A stretch of DNA of 64,000 bases. It comes from Thermoanaerobaculia bacterium (GTDB taxonomy: Bacteria > Acidobacteriota > Thermoanaerobaculia > Multivoradales > Multivoraceae). The DNA is taken from the NCBI GenBank assembly GCA_963664405.1, contig OY761158.1, positions 6,400,001-6,464,000 of the forward strand, given 5' to 3'. The notes under the pieces are model-generated. The model was not told the DNA's origin. It saw nothing but the letters and a program-made list of their open reading frames with translations, and ran no database searches. Numbering within the stretch: the first letter of the stretch is position 1; every line of letters begins with the position of its first letter. The translations under genes were made by a program, and so were the position numbers. Positions 57,578-64,000 of this stretch are shown here, one piece after another.

Positions 57578-58542
57578 GGGAGCCACCCAGAGTCGAGACG
57601 CCGGTGCGTCGAGGCCTTCTTCCTCTCGCTTTATTGGCAAATGTTGCTCTGGGGGTCGCATTGGCCTTTGCGCTTTGGTCCGGTGCTCCCGGGTCCGGCG
57701 GGCAAGACGCCGAGCGTCTCCGCGAGGTGGCTGGAAAGCTCAAAGCCGCGGGCGTGCTCGACGAGTCGGCGAGCCTCTACGCCGAATACCTCGCCGTGGC
57801 CGATGTCAGTGACGAGAGCAAGGGAAAGATCGCCTTCAGTCTCGGTGTGGGTTTTTTCGATCGTGGGCTCTGGGGCGAGGCTCTGCGCTGGTTTTACGAG
57901 GCGGAGGAGTGGGGCGCTGGCAGTCTCGAAGGCGAGCTGGGGCGCAAGATCGTTGCCTCTCTCGAGCGGCTTGGACAGTCCAGGGCGGCGAGTGCCGCTT
58001 TGGATGCGCGCACTCGCCTTGGCGACTCCTTGGAAGTCGCCCGATCGGCGGAGGATCCGGTGGTCGCGACGATCGGCGACGAGCCGATATACCGCTCGCA
58101 AGTGGAAAGCGCGATGGCGGCGCTGCCGCCGCAAGCTGCGCAACAGATGCTCGGTCTCGAGGCCAGGCAGCAGTTTCTTCAGAGCTACGTTGCCGAAGAG
58201 CTGATCTGGCGCAAGGCCAAGAAGCTCGGTTACGACTCGGACCCAGAGGTGCGAAGTCTGCTGACCTCGTCGGTGAAGCAGCTGGTCGTCGGCAAGTTCC
58301 TGGAGCGAGAAGTGCTGGAGGAGCTGTCTGTCGACGAGGTCGACCTCAGGGCTTACTTTGCCGCCAACGCGGAGCGCTATTCAAGCGGCGAAGACGAAGA
58401 GGATCCCGGCTTCGAAGAGGCTCGGCCGGTGGTGGAGCGAGATTATCGCTTGGAAAAATTTCAGGCCGCCTACGAGGAGCTCGTAAAGGCGGAGTTGAGC
58501 GCCGCGAGGGTCGAGCTTCATGTCGAGAGGATGGGAGGCTAG
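57568..58542 (+). CDS. Membrane-anchored TPR / PPIase-N-terminal-like protein
   Basis: TM helix; DPVVATIGDEPI...EELIWRKAKKLGYDSDP (SurA/PrsA-like N-domain). Confidence 0.7.
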   Translation: MELREPPRVETPVRRGLLPLALLANVALGVALAFALWSGAPGSGGQDAERLREVAGKLKAAGVLDESASLYAEYLAVADVSDESKGKIAFSLGVGFFDRGLWGEALRWFYEAEEWGAGSLEGELGRKIVASLERLGQSRAASAALDARTRLGDSLEVARSAEDPVVATIGDEPIYRSQVESAMAALPPQAAQQMLGLEARQQFLQSYVAEELIWRKAKKLGYDSDPEVRSLLTSSVKQLVVGKFLEREVLEELSVDEVDLRAYFAANAERYSSGEDEEDPGFEEARPVVERDYRLEKFQAAYEELVKAELSAARVELHVERMGG

Positions 58543-58546
58543 ACCG

Positions 58547-59569
58547 GTGTCCGGGCTTCGAATCGGGTCTGCCAGGGCCGCCCTCGCGCCGATCGCGCTG
58601 GGTGTCCTGCTCGGAGCCTGTCGCGAGGCGCCGGTTGCGTTGATCGAAGAGAAGAGGCCCCCAGTAGAGGCGACTGCCGCTGTGGACCGAGCCGTAGCTA
58701 CCACCGGCGACCTTCTTCTCTTCACCGTGATCGTCGACTACGACTCGGGGTACGAGGTCGAAGTTCCGGAGGCCGCCGCAGAGATCGAGGGCTTCCGGGT
58801 CGTCGACCTGAGCCGCGAGGCGCCGCTCGAGGACGGAGGGCGGACGCTCGAGACACGCTCCTATCAACTGCGCGCCGATCTGGTTGGGTCCTACATTTTG
58901 CCCTCGATCGAAGTGCGCTATCGGCGCCGAAGCGAGGACGGAGATGAGGGGCCCCAAGAAGCGTGGCAATCGGTCGAGACCTCGCGCATCTTTGTCGAGG
59001 TCGAGTCGGTGTTGCCGTTGGACGGCGAGAGCACCGACATCAGGGATATCAAGCCTCTCCGCGAGGTAGCAGGCCCGCGGCGTTGGCCTTGGGTCGTCGG
59101 CTTAGCGGCGGCTGTTCTCATCCTTGGTGCGCTGGGGGCCTGGTGGCTTCGTCGACGCCGGCGAGGCTTCAGCGAGCCGCTAGTGCCACCGCATGACGTC
59201 GCCTTCGAGGCACTTCGCGCTTTGCGCGCGACCGACTTCGAGGACGAGACGGCGGTCCGTGAGTTCTACTTCCGCATCTCGGAGGTGTTGCGCGCCTATG
59301 TCGAGGGTCGCTTTCGACTCAACGCGACCGACCTCACGACGGAGGAGATCCTGGCCGCAACCGAGGGGCTCAGTTTGGCTGTCGAGGACGAAGAGCAGCT
59401 GCATGCTTTTCTCCAGGCCTCCGATCAGGTGAAGTTCGCTGCCCATCGCCCGAGCGAAGGTGAGATCGAGACCGCGTTCGAGCGGGCGCTGAGCTTTGTC
59501 GAGCGAACCGTGCCGCGCGAAGAAGAAGCCGAGGACACCGACGCTGGGAGCGAGGAGCTGGCGGCATGA
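58547..59569 (+). CDS. Bat-operon lipoprotein (BatD-like domain plus TM)
   Basis: Lipobox LLGAC; DIRDIKP, TM helix, LTTEEIL, DQVKFA. Confidence 0.75.
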   Translation: MSGLRIGSARAALAPIALGVLLGACREAPVALIEEKRPPVEATAAVDRAVATTGDLLLFTVIVDYDSGYEVEVPEAAAEIEGFRVVDLSREAPLEDGGRTLETRSYQLRADLVGSYILPSIEVRYRRRSEDGDEGPQEAWQSVETSRIFVEVESVLPLDGESTDIRDIKPLREVAGPRRWPWVVGLAAAVLILGALGAWWLRRRRRGFSEPLVPPHDVAFEALRALRATDFEDETAVREFYFRISEVLRAYVEGRFRLNATDLTTEEILAATEGLSLAVEDEEQLHAFLQASDQVKFAAHRPSEGEIETAFERALSFVERTVPREEEAEDTDAGSEELAA

Positions 59570-60591
59570 GCTTCGCTGACGCTTGGCTATTCTGGATTCT
59601 CGTCCCGGTGGCCGTGCTCTGGGGCGTCGTGTGGCTACTGCTACCGTCCTGGCGCCGGCGTCGCGGAAGCGAGGCGGCAGTCCGTTTCTCTACTCTGTCG
59701 CAGCTGCGTCGGCTTCGCCCGTCCTTCAGCCTCGTTCTGCGTCGGGTGATCCAAGGTCTGCGCATAATCACTGTAGCTTTGTTGGTGATGGCGATGGCTC
59801 GGCCTCAGACCGGAAGAAAGCTGACTCAGATCTCGAGTGAGGGAATCGACATCGTCTTGGTTCTGGATACCTCCGGAAGCATGCAGGCGCTCGATTTGGA
59901 CAGCGACCGCCCCATCCAGCGGCGGCGCAATCGGCTGGAGGTGGCGAAGGCGGTCGTACGCACCTTCGTCGAGAAGCGAGAGAGCGATCAGATCGGACTG
60001 GTCGTATTCGGCGAGGAAGCCTTCACTCAATGCCCTTTGACTCTCGATCACGGCATCCTGGTGAGTTTTCTCGAGCAGATCGAGCTCGGTATCGCCGGCG
60101 ATCGGACGGCGATCGGCTCTGCGATCGGAACCGCGGTCAAGCGACTCCGAGATTCCGGTGGGAAGTCGAAGGTCATTATTCTCTTGACCGACGGGCGGAA
60201 TAACGCCGGCACTTTGAATCCGAGCACTGCAGCCGAGATAGCGCGAACCCTCGGAGTGAAGATCTATGCGGTTGCGGCGGGCACTCGTGGCAAGGCTCCT
60301 TTCCTTGTCGACTCTCTCTTCGGCCAGCGTGTCGTTCATCAGGATGTGGAGATCGACGAGGAACAGTTGCGGGAGCTGGCCGAGACCACCGGAGGGGCCT
60401 ACTATCGCGCGGAGGATCTCGACGCCCTTGTTCGCATCTACGAGGAGATCGACCAGCTGGAGCGCCGAGAGATCGAGACCAGTTCCTATATGGAGTATGA
60501 CGAACACTTTCCTTGGTTTGTCTTTCCAGCGCTCTCTCTTCTCTTTCTCGAAGTCGTGTTGCTCGGTACCCGCTTCCGGAAGCTGCCATGA
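59566..60591 (+). CDS. batA: vWA domain protein BatA
   Basis: MARPQ, DTSGSM (MIDAS), PLTLDH, LLTDG.NN. Confidence 0.88.
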   Translation: MSFADAWLFWILVPVAVLWGVVWLLLPSWRRRRGSEAAVRFSTLSQLRRLRPSFSLVLRRVIQGLRIITVALLVMAMARPQTGRKLTQISSEGIDIVLVLDTSGSMQALDLDSDRPIQRRRNRLEVAKAVVRTFVEKRESDQIGLVVFGEEAFTQCPLTLDHGILVSFLEQIELGIAGDRTAIGSAIGTAVKRLRDSGGKSKVIILLTDGRNNAGTLNPSTAAEIARTLGVKIYAVAAGTRGKAPFLVDSLFGQRVVHQDVEIDEEQLRELAETTGGAYYRAEDLDALVRIYEEIDQLERREIETSSYMEYDEHFPWFVFPALSLLFLEVVLLGTRFRKLP

Positions 60592-61670
60592 AGCGGAAAT
60601 TCATCTATCGGAGCTCGATGCTCGCTCTCTCTTCGTTCTTGACCGGCTGCGACGCCAAGGTGGGCAACACCCAGGCGCTATGGTTGCTTTGGCTGGTGCC
60701 GCTGCTCTTCGCTGTCTATGTCTTCGATCATCGAACGCGGGCTCGACTGCTGCGCCGCTTCGCTTCGATCAAGCTGCTGCCGCGACTAACCCAGGGGGTG
60801 AGCCGTGGACGCCAGTACCTCAAGGCCGGTCTTGTCTTAGTCGCGCTCCTTGCGATGGTGGTTGCGCTGGCGGAGATCAAGTACGGCTTCACTTGGGAGG
60901 AGTTGCAGAGACGTGGAGTCGACATCGTGGTCGCTATCGACGTCTCCGACAGCATGCTGGTGGAGGACGCTGGTGGTGCCGGCTCGCTCAGTCGGTTGGA
61001 GCGCGCGAAGCGAGAGATCACCGATCTTCTCCGGCTCATGGAAGGAGATCGGGTCGGGTTGGTGGCCTTCGCCGGTACCGCGTTCTTGCAGTGTCCGTTG
61101 ACCCTGGACTACGGAGCGGCGGAGATTTTTCTCAGCGCTATCGATACGGACCTGATTCCGGTCAAGGGGACCAACCTCGCTCAGGCTCTCGATGCATCGC
61201 TTGCCGCCTTCAAGGGGTCGGCGCAAGATGCCAAGGCGGTGATCCTGATTACCGATGGAGAGGACCATTCGGGGCGTGCGCTCGAGGTCGCGGCGAAGGC
61301 GCAGGAGCAAGGTGTGCGTGTGTTCACGATTGGCATCGGGCGCGATGAAGGTGCGCCCATCCCCGCTGCCGGCGGTGGCTTCCGGCGCGATCGTGGTGGC
61401 GAGATCGTTCTCAGCCGTCTGGATGAGCCGACTTTGCAGAAGATCGCGCTCGACACCGGCGGCCGCTACGTCCGGTCTGTGACCGGGGACGTCGACTTGG
61501 AGCAGATCTATTTCCATGGCATCAAAGCGACTCTCGAGGATCAGGAGCTACAGTCTGAGCGGCGGCAGCGCTGGGAAGACCGTTTTCAATGGTTTCTGGC
61601 GGCTGCGCTGCTCGCGTTGATGGTCGAGCCGTTGATCGCGGAGAGAGTGAGGGTTGCCGCAGATGGCTAG
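60588..61670 (+). CDS. batB: vWA domain protein BatB
   Basis: DVSDSM, SRLERAK, PLTLDY, ITDGEDH, SRLDE. Confidence 0.85.
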   Translation: MKRKFIYRSSMLALSSFLTGCDAKVGNTQALWLLWLVPLLFAVYVFDHRTRARLLRRFASIKLLPRLTQGVSRGRQYLKAGLVLVALLAMVVALAEIKYGFTWEELQRRGVDIVVAIDVSDSMLVEDAGGAGSLSRLERAKREITDLLRLMEGDRVGLVAFAGTAFLQCPLTLDYGAAEIFLSAIDTDLIPVKGTNLAQALDASLAAFKGSAQDAKAVILITDGEDHSGRALEVAAKAQEQGVRVFTIGIGRDEGAPIPAAGGGFRRDRGGEIVLSRLDEPTLQKIALDTGGRYVRSVTGDVDLEQIYFHGIKATLEDQELQSERRQRWEDRFQWFLAAALLALMVEPLIAERVRVAADG

Positions 61671-62916
61671 ACCAGCGTTTCCAAAGTTCGGGCTGCATAG
61701 CTCGAGCTCATTCTGTTCGCTGGCTAGGAGCCTGCAAGGCAGGCGAGTAGTTCTCAGGCGGGGATGGGCCGGAGAACGGGCCGCAGGTCCGTTTTCCGGG
61801 GCGAGGCGCGCCGACGCAGGCATATTGGGCAATATTCGAGGAGCGCGGGGGCGCCCAGCCAACGCCGCCAGCGGGCAGAAGGGGCCGAGATATGTGCGCA
61901 AACTTTGGAAACGCTGGTCTAGAACGGTCCTTTTCATCGTGTTCATGTTGACGGTCGTTTCGGTCGCTGGAGTCGCGGCGCAGACTGAGGGCGAAGACGT
62001 AGAACGTTTGTTGGAGGAGACTCTCGACCGGCCCGAGGGGAAAGCTCCCGAGCGCTATCGCAGCCCCAAAGACGCCTGGGACGAGGGCGCCTGGGATCAA
62101 GCGCTACAGGGCTTCCTCGACATGGAGGTCGTCAAGCCGGAGAGCTCAGCGCTGCAGATGAACATTGGAGCCACCCACTACCGCCTCGGAGACTTCGATG
62201 CCGCGACGCTCAGCTTCGCCGCGGCGGCGGCAAACGGGGACGAGGGAGCGAAGGCCGAGGCCTACTACAACCTCGGGAACGTAGCCTTTCGGCAGGGGCA
62301 GCTGGAGGAGGCGATCGCCCATTTTCAACGCAGTCTCGAGCTCGACCCGGACGACGAAGATGCCAAGTTCAATCTGGAGTTCGTCCGCAATGAGATCCGT
62401 CGTCGTCACGAAGAGGCCTCCAAGCGAGAGCAAGAGCAACAAGAGCGACAGCAGCAGGGAGAGGAAGAGCAGCAGCAGGACAGCTCTTCCGAGCAGGAGG
62501 ACTCGGGTGAGTCCGAGGGGAGTCAGGAGCAGCAAGAAGGAGGCGGCGGTGAAGGCCAGGACCGCGACCAGGACGGCTTGCCCGACGAAGTAGAAGAACA
62601 GGGGCAGAACCCGACCGATCCGGACCAGCCAGACACTGATCAAGATGGTCTCACCGACGGCGAGGAGGATCTCAATCGCAACGGAGCCGTCGATCCTGGA
62701 GAGACGGACCCGAACTTGGCAGACTCCGATGGAGACGGGATCTCTGACGCCGAAGAGAGGATGGCCGAGGGCGCCGCCGCCGGAGCTGAAGAGGAGGTTG
62801 AGGGTCGGGAGATGACGCCGGCGGAGGCCGAGCGCTATCTCCAGGCGCTCGAGGAGGGCCGGCCCCAGCGTCAGGTACCTGCAGGTCGTCGAGGCCGAGT
62901 GGAGAAGGATTGGTGA
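61663..62916 (+). CDS. batC: BatC-like TPR protein with DxDxDG repeats, carrying an 84-codon in-frame repeat insertion after codon 2
   Basis: AYYNLGN TPR, AKFNLE, Q/E-rich linker, C-terminal EKDW; removing the element gives the signal peptide MARTVLFIVFMLTVVSVAGVAA. Confidence 0.8.
   Translation: MARPAFPKFGLHSSSSFCSLARSLQGRRVVLRRGWAGERAAGPFSGARRADAGILGNIRGARGRPANAASGQKGPRYVRKLWKRWSRTVLFIVFMLTVVSVAGVAAQTEGEDVERLLEETLDRPEGKAPERYRSPKDAWDEGAWDQALQGFLDMEVVKPESSALQMNIGATHYRLGDFDAATLSFAAAAANGDEGAKAEAYYNLGNVAFRQGQLEEAIAHFQRSLELDPDDEDAKFNLEFVRNEIRRRHEEASKREQEQQERQQQGEEEQQQDSSSEQEDSGESEGSQEQQEGGGGEGQDRDQDGLPDEVEEQGQNPTDPDQPDTDQDGLTDGEEDLNRNGAVDPGETDPNLADSDGDGISDAEERMAEGAAAGAEEEVEGREMTPAEAERYLQALEEGRPQRQVPAGRRGRVEKDW
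61668..61921 (+). repeat. TA-flanked palindromic element, family A long variant (adds 252 nt), in frame within the batC-like gene
   Basis: Same TIRs; no stop codon in the host frame. Confidence 0.93.
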
Positions 62917-62920
62917 GCCG

Positions 62921-64000
62921 GTGACGTGGTTGCGACCACCTCGGGCAGCGTCACTGTTGTGTGCTCTTGGGTTGAGCTCATTCGGCGCTGAGGCCGGATT
63001 CTCTCAGGGCCTGACGGTCACTCTCGAACCTCCGGAAATTACGATCGAAGATCACGCCGTGTTGTCGGTAACTGTGCAGGGCGCCGGTGCCGAGGAGCCC
63101 ACGATGCCTCCACTGCCGGATTTTGAATCGCGCTACATCGGGCAGTCCTCCAGGCTCGAGTGGATCAACGGTCGAGGTAGCCGCCAGGTGACCTATCGCT
63201 GGCGGATCATCCCGCGCGCGGTGGGTGAGTTCACCATCGGCTCAGCGCGTGTGAGCATCCGTGGCGAGGTTCACGAGAGCCTTCCTTTGCCGGTGCGCGT
63301 GCTTCCGGCCGCGAGCCGGCCGAGCGACCCCCGCGGGGTCTTCGTTACCGCATCGGTCTCCAATTCGAGGCCTTACGTTGGCGAGCAGATCCTCTATACC
63401 TGGCGCTTCTACTATGCCGTGAACGTACACCAACCGCGACTCGAGCCGCTGGTGTTCGAGCCTTTCCTGGTCGAGGATCTGGGAGAGGTACGCCAGTACT
63501 CGACCACCTACGGAGGTACGCAGTACAAGGTCTCGGAACTGCGCAAGGCGCTCTTCGCCCAGCAGGTCGGGGTCCACACCCTGCCTTCTTCCCGCCTCGA
63601 TGTGGCGGTCGTCGTGCCCGCGGGGCGGCGTCGCAACAGGAGCCCCTTCGACGACTTCTTTACCCGCGTGCAGACCGAGACCAAGGCGCTGAGAACCGAC
63701 CCGATCGAGATCGATGTGCAGCCACTGCCCGCTGCGCCGCCGGATTTCTCGGGGCTGGTCGGGAGCTTCGAGGTTGCTATGGCGTTGTCGAAGACCGAGC
63801 TCGAGGTCGGGGACTCTCTAACTCAGAAGGTGACAGTCCAAGGTAGTGGGAACGTTCAAATGTTCGGTGAGTCGCCGCTCGCTGACCCCATAGGATTCAA
63901 GGTCTATGAGGATCAGCCGGTGGGGTCGATCGTTCGTACCGGGAACGAGCTGCGAGGATCGAAGACCTGGAGTCGTGCCCTTGTTCCTCTCGCGGCTGGG
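62921..64000 (+). CDS. batD: BatD-family protein (runs off the window end)
   Basis: Open frame from GTG 62921: signal peptide, WINGR, PYVGEQILYT, PFDDFF, FSGLVGSF, GSGN. Confidence 0.85.
   Translation, partial: MTWLRPPRAASLLCALGLSSFGAEAGFSQGLTVTLEPPEITIEDHAVLSVTVQGAGAEEPTMPPLPDFESRYIGQSSRLEWINGRGSRQVTYRWRIIPRAVGEFTIGSARVSIRGEVHESLPLPVRVLPAASRPSDPRGVFVTASVSNSRPYVGEQILYTWRFYYAVNVHQPRLEPLVFEPFLVEDLGEVRQYSTTYGGTQYKVSELRKALFAQQVGVHTLPSSRLDVAVVVPAGRRRNRSPFDDFFTRVQTETKALRTDPIEIDVQPLPAAPPDFSGLVGSFEVAMALSKTELEVGDSLTQKVTVQGSGNVQMFGESPLADPIGFKVYEDQPVGSIVRTGNELRGSKTWSRALVPLAAG

Overview
GC-rich bacterial chromosomal window; the PadR plus duplicated-permease pair suggests Acidobacteriota (inference). Bases 1-1261 are the 3' ends of three group II introns nested inside one another. 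Intron 1 sits at the inferred YADD motif of intron 2's reverse transcriptase. Intron 2 sits in domain III of intron 3, whose own ORF is deleted. The 1.4-8.3 kb region is decaying accessory DNA: a chimeric FG-GAP/NmrA ORF, a deleted secreted-protein gene, a frameshifted permease and a HigA remnant. The rest is mostly housekeeping or metabolic: class I fumarase, acyl-CoA enzymes, c-di-GMP genes, a collapsed Na+-NQR operon, valS, msrB, arfB, lon, hflX, groES/EL with a CIRCE-like operator, hsp20, nadE, rnd and a MoxR/DUF58/Bat operon running off the end. Seven TA-flanked long-hairpin elements from three related families are scattered through the window. They share a core but have different terminal stems, six of seven sit on stop codons, six of seven add a multiple of 3 nt, and one is inserted in frame at the start of a batC-like gene. 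All product calls come from motif recognition by eye, not from database searches.
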